Of a DNA stretch of 64,000 nt, positions 39,001 through 47,537 are shown in pieces. The stretch covers positions 2,924 through 66,923 of the forward strand of contig CAZDIO010000026.1 of the NCBI GenBank assembly GCA_964505555.1, read 5' to 3'. The position numbers and the translations under genes are program-made. The notes under the pieces are model-generated. The model made no database searches. It saw nothing but the letters and a program-made list of their open reading frames with translations, and was not told the origin of the DNA. Numbering within the stretch: the stretch's first letter is position 1; each line of letters opens with the position of its first letter. The stretch comes from an uncultured Bdellovibrionales bacterium (lineage in GTDB: Bacteria; Bdellovibrionota_C; UBA2361; SZUA-149; CAZDIO01).

Positions 39001-40191
39001 GACGATGTTGAGCAACTACAGCGAAAGAAAGACGCGTCAAGACATTACAGAAGCGCTCGTGCTCGAACAACGGTCTCCCGAGACGGGATACCGCTTCAAG
39101 AAATTGAAATCGGAAGCCCCCTATCAGGAACCGTTACCGAAATAATCTTTTCCGAGGAAAGTTCTCGACCGGCATACCTTGTAATAAGAAAGCCTGTCGG
39201 GATTCTTGCACACATTCGAGCTGCACGAGGGATTGGTCACATAGTACGAGAAGGACTTGTTCAAAGCGGAGACGAAGTTACGCTTTCTACAAGAGAATTC
39301 AATCGGGACGGAAAACAGCTTTATTACACTGACGTTGAACACCATAATGTCCGAAGCAAAAGTCTCCGCAGCGAGGAGACAATCTTCGGTAGATTACTCA
39401 GCCGTGACCTCCATAAGGACCGATTCGCATTACTCGATAGTCCTGAAGGAAAGATTCACCTGGCCATTTCTCGGACTATAAGAAATCAGATTAAATCCCA
39501 AGATATTCGCGTTGGCGACGTGATTTTCTTTTCTGCAAAGAAAGTGTTCCATCACCGGTTGGAGCGAGGTGCGACAGTCATCTCGCTTACCGCGATTCCA
39601 TTACGTGATTGGAAACGGAGTGAGGAGTTCGACCGGGAAGTAATTCGCTATCTGCAAACGGGCACGCTTAACGAAGTGCTTCCGGCCCGAGAAGGTTTTC
39701 GCGACGAGTGGAACAAGGCGCTTCAGGCGCGCGCGGAAAAACTGCGAGAAGCAGGAATAGGGCTTTCAGATAATTGGGCAGATGAACTCCAACAGCTCCG
39801 TGAGCGAGAGCGTCATGAAGAACAGCAACGTCGCCCTGAACTCGGCAATATCCTGTCTCACGATCTCCGACACATTTCGCGACTTGAATCTCTCTTTACT
39901 CAAGCCACTCAAGCAGGCTGGATTGCACCTACCGAGGCAAATGCGCTGAACTTTGTATCAGCAGCAGTCAGAGCCACCGAGCATCGTCGAGATCCGGTTC
40001 GACATTTTATCGACATCGTGAAGGAAAACAACTGGAAGCAAATTCACCAACAAGACGAGGACAAAGCAAGACGATTGCTTGCAGGCTATCGCAATCGTTT
40101 TGCAAATGCGTTCTTAGTTCCGCTCAACCGAGAGGATGAACTCACCCAAGAACGTAAGAGCGAATCCGAAAGAGGAACAAAAAGCGATTAG
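36040..40191 (+). CDS. VirD2/TraI-type relaxase (DUF3363-type C-terminal region) expanded to 1383 aa by internal tandem modules
   Basis: 'ILHKNTDNHHVHVALRGI' is the HxDxxxHxH relaxase motif III. The gene sits between traF and traG. Five to six repeats follow the pattern 'L(T/S)GR(I/V)xD...xxLxLxGTDGxxhxh...IxxGDVITLxGREF'. Confidence 0.8.
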   Translation: MKQMRRIKKPIIKLGKIRKWSQRSLRVASDSQQMFDRFSPRSQRVVIKVKQSYNKSRGTWPAHGRYLERDKSRFGDGFSKTEDRVHITKTLAEWEAAGDEKLHKIIISPEYAERLDLKEHTRELLAQMERDLSRQTEWVAILHKNTDNHHVHVALRGIDTAHKSLEIEEYLGDILRTRSRELVTKKLGPRLYPEILERREKELFSERLTDIDRALLWKADSNLIIRFPEKESSNWRQNKSREQERLRLTFLSELGLCENISPNSWRLSPDLAETLKRLSLRQQLIKEQVPGWEFVRTLKASGVIRKRLDLGETLTGRVVGTNIRDPFGDQQFMLVEGTDGVTYHFNQPKGAREGKVKVNDVVTLERRIAEISDNDTAEVTKREFTAVQIHSDWKKCLPLDYEAVATLKHTNDSREDAPRVGFANDWAQAVQERVAELRAKNFTPHDRDWKTRLEAIRFTETDSKAWEWNPRDYIESEGENAAPDSISEHEGKLNNENRLIVGEIQCVGEERILVKDIRDSTGRIVKLSDAGLSWAPSVGTTVSIQAKRTPHTEIRPSDDRIAELITSSGSIREENLKDNEKKYILARANTWTRWEILQQNNDGSYQLLRNLAAPSKQALLSLMEEKVSQIRLKVSEDVKRQPAWLKFLDEQELSSTASGFTSIDKLLKELGRLPSDGPVTWLTKALKRRQALWESRGIALDDNFEKNTRTWISEGLLPTTLAKGEQIIGRILDLSINGGRYLALDSTDGTVRYFKISGQIQEQINKEQLPVGNVIVLTGKSFDKQINGTVRTIYYTSLTRYIDWASSEELLKDARADQHNSIAQTTKGFAEEWKRKVAQIKDSLREFDELPLVHTKLRQGEELTGRIIDLGINDGEKLLLEGTDRKLHLIYQSKKIKEAIARSEITIGDVITLRGREFSLGERKIQFIDLSRLEHWAVSYALDKYAFTQNPEELSRLSTVAPTTFTREWNRQAAKRRRVLDARGYTLDDVEQLQRKKDASRHYRSARARTTVSRDGIPLQEIEIGSPLSGTVTEIIFSEESSRPAYLVIRKPVGILAHIRAARGIGHIVREGLVQSGDEVTLSTREFNRDGKQLYYTDVEHHNVRSKSLRSEETIFGRLLSRDLHKDRFALLDSPEGKIHLAISRTIRNQIKSQDIRVGDVIFFSAKKVFHHRLERGATVISLTAIPLRDWKRSEEFDREVIRYLQTGTLNEVLPAREGFRDEWNKALQARAEKLREAGIGLSDNWADELQQLRERERHEEQQRRPELGNILSHDLRHISRLESLFTQATQAGWIAPTEANALNFVSAAVRATEHRRDPVRHFIDIVKENNWKQIHQQDEDKARRLLAGYRNRFANAFLVPLNREDELTQERKSESERGTKSD

Positions 40192-40206
40192 GAGAACGTA
40201 ACAAAA

Positions 40207-42051
40207 ATGGAAAAACAGCATATTCGAGAAATCATTCTGGTCTCAATAGCAGTATTCTCCATTGGAAGTGGCATCTTTATTGCCCACCAACTAGCCGCTC
40301 ATTCCATTAGCTTCCTCTGGATATTCAGCGTTGCAACGACTTTAGTTGCTGGAGCACTTTTTACTGTTCTCCGTCCATACCTCCCGAAGGACACCCAACA
40401 GAAGGGCGACTACGGATCGGCGCATTGGGCCACGGACCGAGAGATAAGAGCGTCAGGATTGTTGAGCATTCGAGGGATCGTCGTCGGAGCGATCAAGCGA
40501 AACGGCAAGCCTCAGCTTCTTCGCTACGACGGCGAGGGTCACGTCATTGTGGTGAGTCCCACCCGAAGTGGCAAAGGTGTTACTGTGGTTGTTCCTACAG
40601 CGCTTACCTGGGAGCACAGCATTCTCTTTAACGACATCAAAGGCGAGCTCTGGGCGCTCACTGCCGGATGGCGAAAGAAACATTTTAATTCAGTGTGTCT
40701 CAGGTTCGACGCAACAAGCAGTGATAGAACCACCGCTCACTGGAATCCGCTTCTTGAGATTCGGCCATATCCAAATGATGTCCGTGACGCTCAAAATATT
40801 GCCCTTACACTTACAACATCCGATTCGTCACTCTCGCGGACGGACAACGAACGCCATTGGCGGATCATGGGGGCGAGACTGATAAAGGCAGCAATACTTC
40901 ACCAGTTGTATGCTGGCAGCGAGAAAACACTTCCCGGGTGCTACCGTCTGCTTACAACCACCAGCCGCGACCTCGAAGATACCTTGCTTGCAATGCTTCG
41001 CGCTTCACACGACCCGGAGCTTCGCTGTAAGTGGGTTGATTCAGACGACAATAAACCCACCGCTACCCACCCCGCAGTTGCGCATATCGCACGGGATATG
41101 TTGAGCAAGTCAGAGAAGGAGCGAAGCTCGATTGTGAGTGCCGCGATAAGTTACCTTGAACCGTTTGACGATCCGATCATGGCTGAAAACGTCTCCGAAA
41201 GCGATTTCTGCTTGTCAGATTTGATGAATCATGAACAGCCGGTGAGTCTGTACCTGACCACCCCAGTTGCCGACCTCGAACGTGTCCAGCCGCTTCATCG
41301 GCTGTTCTTTACACTTGCCGGCACCAGAAACACCGAGCAGCTAAGCTTCCAAGACGGAAGACCGGCGCCCTCTTACAAACATCCCCTGCTTCAAATCTTC
41401 GATGAATGCGCGCATCTCGGTTATTCACCGACAATTCAACAGCATTTCTCACTTGCAAGTGGCTACGGTATCTACGGACTCTTCGTATTTCAGGATTTCT
41501 CTCAACTTTTTGAGCTTTATGGCAAAAACGAATCAATCACCAGTAACTGCGATGTAAAGATAGCCTTTGCCCCAAATAGTCTGGAAACCGCTAATTACCT
41601 GTCGAAGCTCCTTGGCACGGAGACCCGCGAAAAGAAGGCGGGCGTGTTTGATGACCTTTTCAACAAAAGAGGAAGCAAACCAAAGCAGTCCCTTGGAAGG
41701 CTGCTTCTTACCCCGGATGAATGCGCCCGGCTTCCCCGAGATAAGAGCATCATCCTTAGAAACGGTTTCCCGCCAATTTTAGGAGAAAAGATCCCATACT
41801 ATAAAATCCCCGAGCTTCTCCAACGTTCGAAGATTCCGCCGCCGCTGTCTGACAAGCTTACTCTGAAGGAAGCACGTTGGCCCTTGATTTCTGAGCAGTC
41901 AGGGTCTGGAGAGAAGTCGGTCGCAAAAACTTCTGTTGCGCCAGAACAAGAAGCCTCCAAAAAAACGACGCAATCAAAAAGGAAACAAATTCCCAAAAAC
42001 GTAACGCAGCAGATCGAGTTACTCCCCGTAAACAAAAAGGCAAATGAGTGA
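40207..42051 (+). CDS. traG: type IV secretion coupling protein TraG/VirD4
   Basis: Two N-terminal TM helices, 'YGSAHWATDREI', Walker A 'SPTRSGKGVTVVVPT' and Walker B-like 'LLQIFDECAHLG'. Confidence 0.85.
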   Translation: MEKQHIREIILVSIAVFSIGSGIFIAHQLAAHSISFLWIFSVATTLVAGALFTVLRPYLPKDTQQKGDYGSAHWATDREIRASGLLSIRGIVVGAIKRNGKPQLLRYDGEGHVIVVSPTRSGKGVTVVVPTALTWEHSILFNDIKGELWALTAGWRKKHFNSVCLRFDATSSDRTTAHWNPLLEIRPYPNDVRDAQNIALTLTTSDSSLSRTDNERHWRIMGARLIKAAILHQLYAGSEKTLPGCYRLLTTTSRDLEDTLLAMLRASHDPELRCKWVDSDDNKPTATHPAVAHIARDMLSKSEKERSSIVSAAISYLEPFDDPIMAENVSESDFCLSDLMNHEQPVSLYLTTPVADLERVQPLHRLFFTLAGTRNTEQLSFQDGRPAPSYKHPLLQIFDECAHLGYSPTIQQHFSLASGYGIYGLFVFQDFSQLFELYGKNESITSNCDVKIAFAPNSLETANYLSKLLGTETREKKAGVFDDLFNKRGSKPKQSLGRLLLTPDECARLPRDKSIILRNGFPPILGEKIPYYKIPELLQRSKIPPPLSDKLTLKEARWPLISEQSGSGEKSVAKTSVAPEQEASKKTTQSKRKQIPKNVTQQIELLPVNKKANE

Positions 42052-42671
42052 GGTGTGATATGAGTGAGATCGCCATAAGTGAGAAAAAAGAAAACATCGA
42101 ACGGTCCGAAGAGAGTCTTGTCCAGGCAACAATCAGAATCCGTGCCGATCAGAGAAACCGTCTCGAAGTGGAACGTCGCGCTCGGGGGACAAATCTGGCC
42201 GATGTCCTGCGTGACAATCTCGATCTAGCATTTGCGGTAAAGGAAGAACTCTCAAAAATAGTTGAAGGAGAATACGACCAGAACGATCCCAAGAATGCGC
42301 CTCGTCTTGTCCACTCGCTGCTCTTTCGAGTGGAAGAACGTATTTTAGGCGCTCTTGATAGCCTATCGCAACGTATTGAGCATGGGTTTGCAAGTCATCA
42401 AAACGGGAAAAGCAAACGAAACAATGCAGACGGATCTACTCCAAGCGCAACGTCAGCCAGTGCGAACGGCAACGACATCAGCGTAACGATCGAAAACTTC
42501 CTGTCGCTCGTTACCAACAGTGAGGAGCACTCACCAGCAATTTGGATCGGCGCATTTCTTGAGGTCGTTCCCCGACTGGAACTCGTGGGGATGGAACAGC
42601 TTGGTGAACTTCAATATAAAGGCGAAACGTGGCTTGAAGAACATGGGTACTACAGTGCCAACAACGCTTAA
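42048..42671 (+). CDS. ribbon-helix-helix (CopG-like) protein with an extended C-terminus
   Basis: 'ATIRIRADQRNRLEVERRARGTNLADVLRDNLDLAF' fits beta-strand/helix/helix. A CopG-family gene directly after traG is a conserved arrangement in TraF-relaxase-TraG type ICEs. Start at the GTG at 42048 or the ATG at 42060. Confidence 0.4.
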   Translation: MRCDMSEIAISEKKENIERSEESLVQATIRIRADQRNRLEVERRARGTNLADVLRDNLDLAFAVKEELSKIVEGEYDQNDPKNAPRLVHSLLFRVEERILGALDSLSQRIEHGFASHQNGKSKRNNADGSTPSATSASANGNDISVTIENFLSLVTNSEEHSPAIWIGAFLEVVPRLELVGMEQLGELQYKGETWLEEHGYYSANNA

Positions 42672-43022
42672 CCAGAAAGATAAGTATTTTCGGCTTATTA
42701 TGCACGCCGATGATATATTATAAGCAGCACTGCCCAAAGATCCATCTATAATATTACCTGTCCTTGTACTACTAACACTGCTCTTAGAAGGAGTTTATTC
42801 AGGGTAGACGATTTTGACGTGTTAGCGTCAATGAAAGGGCGCTCTAGCGGTGGCCAAAACTCGGTGACCGAGGGCGCTCCAGTGCCAACAGGTTTTGAGC
42901 ACGTTGCGATAATCTTTCGCTGTTGCTCTAGCTCCAGAAGATTTTCGAAGCCGATTGGATAGTCACTCAGACTATTGAACCGGCTTCGAGATATCCAAGG
43001 TAACTATTGAGAGGAGCAAACA

Positions 43023-43346
43023 GTGAAGGATATGATCGGTAGTAACGTTGCGGTCGAGATGGTTTACCCGGATGGGACCTACATTTCCCTGAACGGTAAG
43101 CTGACGGCTGTCGACGGCCATCTGTTCCACCTGGAGGAATGTTCTTTCGAGGACATCACTCCGCCTCACATCCGAAAGTCGCAAGCGGCTGGCGGAACGA
43201 GGCACGGTGCCAAGTCCAGCGGTGTCGTTCTCGGTTCACGATGGGTCAACTCGATGTCTCCGATCGTCGTTTCGGTCACAAGCATCGAAAGCGGCGTCGC
43301 TGACTTCTGGAGATGTCTCGCGGACGGTACGGTTCGGGACGCATGA
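43023..43346 (+). CDS. hypothetical small protein (possibly Sm-like fold)
   Basis: GTG start preceded by GAGGAG. 'VAVEMVYPDGTYISLNGKLTAVDGHLFHLEE' resembles an Sm/LSm beta-meander. No family assignment is possible. Confidence 0.35.
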   Translation: MKDMIGSNVAVEMVYPDGTYISLNGKLTAVDGHLFHLEECSFEDITPPHIRKSQAAGGTRHGAKSSGVVLGSRWVNSMSPIVVSVTSIESGVADFWRCLADGTVRDA

Positions 43347-43627
43347 TCCACCGGAATCACTGGTTGGTGAAATCTCTCCACCTGACGAGAGACGGTTTTC
43401 GTGGCGCTGCATGCGCCTCTTTCTGAGCGCGAAGTTTGTATTTGCTGAGTAATATCAGGAATATTCAGTAAATACGGGAAGTCGCGTTTGCTAGGGTTTT
43501 AATGCTTTTCGGGAGCATTGACAGGCTTTCTCTTTTTTTCGGGAGTCTTCTCTCAGGTAGATTTGCGTTTTTCGCAAATGCACCTGGGAGAATGATTCCA
43601 TTTACACTAACGAAAAGGAGAACCGCC

Positions 43628-44020
43628 ATGATCGATCACGCCGCCGAAATGCAAGGATTTGAGGAACTTCAGGACCGCCTCACCACCGAAGGACGAGTGC
43701 CTTCCGAGCTGTCGATTTACTTGAGTACTATGGTGCCATGCGGCACTCCAGTATTCGGGTTCGGGCTTACGGACGGGTGCCACTCCTTCACCATCTCGCG
43801 TCTCTTTACCTCGGGCGAATATTACGTCGGAGATTCGACGGATCATATTCAGTTCGAGGATGAAGAGGTGTATGGACCGCATCCGACTGCCGAAGATGCC
43901 GTGAACGCTTTCCTTGATTGGTGGGAGAAATTCTCTTACACCATGATCGGGAACACGTTTGCGGACATCGAGCGGGAGTTGGGCCCTGCGGAGGGTGAGG
44001 ATGGTTGGGAACTTAACTAA
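43628..44020 (+). CDS. hypothetical acidic protein
   Basis: The ATG at 43628 is preceded by AAAAGGAGAA. The ORF-track start (43502) lies upstream of that RBS. A bidirectional terminator follows. Confidence 0.35.
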   Translation: MIDHAAEMQGFEELQDRLTTEGRVPSELSIYLSTMVPCGTPVFGFGLTDGCHSFTISRLFTSGEYYVGDSTDHIQFEDEEVYGPHPTAEDAVNAFLDWWEKFSYTMIGNTFADIERELGPAEGEDGWELN

Positions 44021-44171
44021 AAGGAGGTTTCAAACGCGACACCTGTCGCCATTTCCCCTCACAATTTAGATTTACATAATGACGACGAGTCGTTTTATTG
44101 CCGACCGCGAAACTATTTACGAACTCAAATAATCAAATGACCTGATCCTTTCAACCATAAGAGAGGAAATA

Positions 44172-44201
44172 GGTGCAGACGGGCGAGGCCCCGTCTGCAC
44201 C
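44172..44201. terminator. bidirectional hairpin terminator between convergent genes
   Basis: Perfect 12-bp stem GGTGCAGACGGG-cgaggc-CCCGTCTGCACC. T-rich runs follow on both strands (CGATTTGTT on plus, TATTTCCTC on minus). Confidence 0.55.
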
Positions 44202-44229
44202 CGATTTGTTCCTCTGCTGCCGGTGCGCA

Positions 44230-45669
44230 CTACTTCAGGAGACGGTAGCACGGTCCGCAAACACGTCCTTTGGTCGGCTCTTTCGGGTGAAGGTATGGCA
44301 GCCGCTTGGTCTGGGTGCACGCAACGCATTCCGCGATCGGCGCGCTCAAGTTCCGAGAACAAGTGCTGCAAATCCTCTTTCCGTCGTGAGTGCGGGGAAG
44401 ACGCTTCTTCTTTCCGCACGCAGCGCAATCACCGACCGGAGGAGCGAGAGCATCCCTGCACGTCTTGCATACTCTGCCTTTTTTCCGATCCTTCGGGTGA
44501 TTAAACGGCAGTGGTTTATTCTCACCACATTCACCGCATCTCCCTTTTGGACCGGGGTTGAGCTTCTTGTAGCAAGTTACGCACACGCTCCGGCGCTTGC
44601 TCTTGGGCTTGTGCTTGTCTTTCGGGTGCTTGTGCCGCAGTCGCTTTTTCTTGCGACATACGGAGCATCTACCCAAAGGAGGCTTCAGCCGCTGATAGCA
44701 AGCCCTGCAAATCCTGCCCTTGCTCTTGTCCTGAGGATGGTAGAGCGGAAGCAGCTTCTCCTCGCTGCACTCAGCACACTGACCGAAAGGAGTGGTAAGA
44801 AGCATGTAGCAGTCCTGACATACTCTTCCCTTTTCCTCATGGTCAGGCTCAGCTGGCGGTGAGACGCCGTTTGCTTGTGCTCTCTCCACCTCTGTCGCGT
44901 TGTCGGGATGATTGTAACTGAGCCGCTTCTCTTCGCCGCACTCAGCACATTCACCCACTGGCGGCGCAAGCCGCCAGTAGCAGGCGTGACAGACCTTTCC
45001 CAGGCTCGGTTCTTGAGGGTGATGGTTCGTTAGCTGCTTCTCGAAACCACACCCTGGACAGATGCCAACCGCATATGCGAGGTCCTTGTAGCATCCCTCG
45101 CAAACGCGGCCCAAGTCCGCGTCATCCGGATGGTTGTAGGGGAGGAGCTTCTCTTCCTTGCAAGCAGCGCATCGAGCTTTGGGAGCCCGAAGATGCTTGT
45201 TACACACCCTGCAAATCCTTCCCTTCGCTGGGTCGGTGGGGTGTATATTCGGAAGTCGCCTTGTCTTGCCGCACCCCGTGCACCTGCCAACAGGCGTTAT
45301 TAGCAGCTCGTAACAGTCTTTACATATCCTCCCCTTCTTTTCATCTTCAGGATGAAAATTAGGAAGGGATTTTTCCTTGCCGCACTCAGCACATTCGCCC
45401 ACCGGCGGCGCAAGCCGGGCGTAACACGCGTTACAGACTCTTCCCTTGCCTTCCTCAAGCGGATGATTGTACGGAAGCGACCTTGTCTTGCCGCATTCGC
45501 CGCATTCTGCCACCGGAGACCCCAGTTTGGTCCGACAGGAATCGCAGACCCTTCCCAATTCGGGGTCTTGGGGATGGAAGTAAGGGAGTTCTCGCTTGTT
45601 GCCACAAGCAACACAGATTCCAATCGGGATGGCGGCCTTCAAGGCGCCGCCGGAATTGTTAGCGCACAT
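44230..45669 (-). CDS. 479-aa basic protein made of 12 tandem ~37-aa CxxC-N19-21-CxxC (zinc-ribbon-like) repeats
   Basis: Repeat consensus: C-x-x-C-G-x-x-K-x-L-P-x-x-H-P-x-D-x-x-K-G-R-V-C-x-x-C-Y-x-x-L-x-P-P-V-G-x. I counted 12 units by eye. Unit 7 has a 20-aa insertion and unit 11 is shortened. Confidence 0.6.
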   Translation of the reverse strand: MCANNSGGALKAAIPIGICVACGNKRELPYFHPQDPELGRVCDSCRTKLGSPVAECGECGKTRSLPYNHPLEEGKGRVCNACYARLAPPVGECAECGKEKSLPNFHPEDEKKGRICKDCYELLITPVGRCTGCGKTRRLPNIHPTDPAKGRICRVCNKHLRAPKARCAACKEEKLLPYNHPDDADLGRVCEGCYKDLAYAVGICPGCGFEKQLTNHHPQEPSLGKVCHACYWRLAPPVGECAECGEEKRLSYNHPDNATEVERAQANGVSPPAEPDHEEKGRVCQDCYMLLTTPFGQCAECSEEKLLPLYHPQDKSKGRICRACYQRLKPPLGRCSVCRKKKRLRHKHPKDKHKPKSKRRSVCVTCYKKLNPGPKGRCGECGENKPLPFNHPKDRKKGRVCKTCRDALAPPVGDCAACGKKKRLPRTHDGKRICSTCSRNLSAPIAECVACTQTKRLPYLHPKEPTKGRVCGPCYRLLK

Positions 45670-45884
45670 GAAAACCTCCTTTTTCTAGAACTCTTTTGGA
45701 TCAGGTCACCGTCGCAAGGCGCAAACGCCCACCAACGATGACCTTCAGTCACTTCTACCCACGTTTGGACCAGTTAAGATAATGATCTGGCCTTTGAAAA
45801 TTACTCGTCACAATATCGAAGGGTCGCTGCCACTGTGTGCAACAACCCTCGATGGGAATTTCCGCCGGGTGCGGAATTGCCCAA

Positions 45885-46964
45885 TTACCTTGCCGGTCGT
45901 TCAAGCAACGGAGCGATCGCTCGCTTTGTGGTGACGTTCAGTCCGTTGACAAGAGCGATCACATCCGATTGGATGAGTTGCTCCGGATGCCGAAACAACG
46001 GGATGAGCTGAGTCACGATCAGCAATCCCACGTTTCGAAGCAGGTCGTCGGCCGCTGCTTGCAGATTCCCACTTGCCCGTTGGAGCCCGTTCATCAGATC
46101 AAGCACTTCCGCAATTCCGACTTTGGCGTCGGCAGAAGTACCCTGACCAGTCACGGAGAAGTAGTCCCGAACTGATTCTCCGAGCACGTGAGCATGAACT
46201 GCGATGACTCCTTCAGCGTCGAGGCGTTTGTTTGAATTCAACGTGACGTGAACGCCTCGCCGCACGCTATAATGCTTAAGCGTGCGGTGCTTTTGGCCAT
46301 CGCGCGGACGACGTTGCGGGTCGGCTTCGCGCTTTGCCCGCCGGACCATCGCCCGGATCGCCCGAAGCGTGGGCTCGTCCTGCTCAATGCTCTCGGCAAC
46401 GCGGGTCTGAAGCTCCGCATCGCCAAGCTCCGTGAGCAGATAGGCCGCTTGAGTCGAGAGCTGCCCAGCTTCGAGCTTCTTGATCAACGGCTCGGGCAGC
46501 GCAAGGAGTGACAGCGGGCGCGTCACTGACGTCCGTTTGACCCGCAGTTGCTGAGCCAAATCATTGGCGCTGCAACGTTTGAGGTCCATCAGACGCTTGT
46601 AGGAACGTGCCCGTTCGAGCGCCGACAAACCTACCGAATGCAGATCATCGATGAGCTGCTCGGTGAGGAGTTCGTCGGGGGCGAACGGTCCATCGTTCAC
46701 GATACAAGTGAGCGATTCGATTTCGGCGAGGCAAGCAGCGCGCCATCGGCGTTCGCCGCCGACAACAAAAAATGTCTGCTCATCGCCAACTTCATCGCTT
46801 GGTCGCACACGCAGCGGATATTTCAATCCATGAGCCTTCAGACTCTCCGCTAGATTCTGAAGTTCACCCTCATCGAAGACTTGACGCGGTTGCGTCGGAT
46901 CGGGCTTAATGAGCCGTACTTCGATGTCCTGCACTTGCGTGCTGTCAATCAGACCAGTAGTCAT
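45885..46964 (-). CDS. parB: ParB/Srx-domain protein (ParB-like nuclease/partition family)
   Basis: 'IKPDPTQPRQ', 'PLRVRP' and 'FFVVGGERRWRAACLA' are ParB N-terminal motifs. The C-terminal half is unassigned. Confidence 0.75.
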   Translation of the reverse strand: MTTGLIDSTQVQDIEVRLIKPDPTQPRQVFDEGELQNLAESLKAHGLKYPLRVRPSDEVGDEQTFFVVGGERRWRAACLAEIESLTCIVNDGPFAPDELLTEQLIDDLHSVGLSALERARSYKRLMDLKRCSANDLAQQLRVKRTSVTRPLSLLALPEPLIKKLEAGQLSTQAAYLLTELGDAELQTRVAESIEQDEPTLRAIRAMVRRAKREADPQRRPRDGQKHRTLKHYSVRRGVHVTLNSNKRLDAEGVIAVHAHVLGESVRDYFSVTGQGTSADAKVGIAEVLDLMNGLQRASGNLQAAADDLLRNVGLLIVTQLIPLFRHPEQLIQSDVIALVNGLNVTTKRAIAPLLERPAR

Positions 46965-47475
46965 TGGGAATCTCCCGTCAAAGAAACCTGATGGTTGGAA
47001 GCGAACACCGCTTCTCTTTCCGTATAAGCGGCAGGCGGAACCCGCGGCTTATACGTCCATCGCCGTTCTTCACCTGAACAACTCCATGTGCTCAAGTGAA
47101 GAACGGCTGAATGCAAACCTTCAACAGTAGCAGCTGCCCCTTTCAGAGGTGAACTGAACGGGACAGCATGTTTTACTCATCTTCATTTTTGAGCAAACGC
47201 CAAAACAAGTTAGATCTTGTTTACTCATTCCAAAGAACAACGTGGTAGGACGATCTAAGGACAGTATCATAGCGAAAGAGTAATTACCACAGCGCCCAAT
47301 GCGGTTTTTATAAACGCCTAATATCACTCCCCTTTAAAAATTCTTTAAACTATCATATAATTACTAACCATTCGTGGCACTTCGCCCTTTCCCATATGGG
47401 GCTTCTCGCCCCAATTTAGGCAAGATGTGTAGAAGTAACTCCCTGTTTTCCTTTCGATTTTTTCATTTTCAAAGT

Positions 47476-47491
47476 TGGTATGGCGGTTGCT
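47476..47491 (+). promoter_or_regulatory. sigma-54 (-24/-12) promoter
   Basis: TGGTAT-GGCGG-TTGCT matches TGGCAC-N5-TTGCW with the exact spacing and the invariant GG and GC. It lies 47 nt upstream of the ATG at 47538. Confidence 0.5.
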
Positions 47492-47537
47492 CTAAGAATG
47501 CTTAGAGGATGCCGCTGATTAGTAACGCAGCCTATCC

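Noticed and set aside
44173-45741. Plus-strand ORFs (229, 93, 95 and 129 aa) opposite the zinc-ribbon repeat gene
   Set aside because: The minus-strand frame gives a strictly periodic CxxC repeat protein with a terminator after its stop. The plus-strand ORFs are repeat-induced mirror frames without start context.
47375-47391. Second sigma-54 promoter candidate (TGGCAC at 47375)
   Set aside because: The -12 position reads CCTTT rather than TTGC, so the invariant GC is missing. Only the 47476..47491 site has correct -24 and -12 elements.
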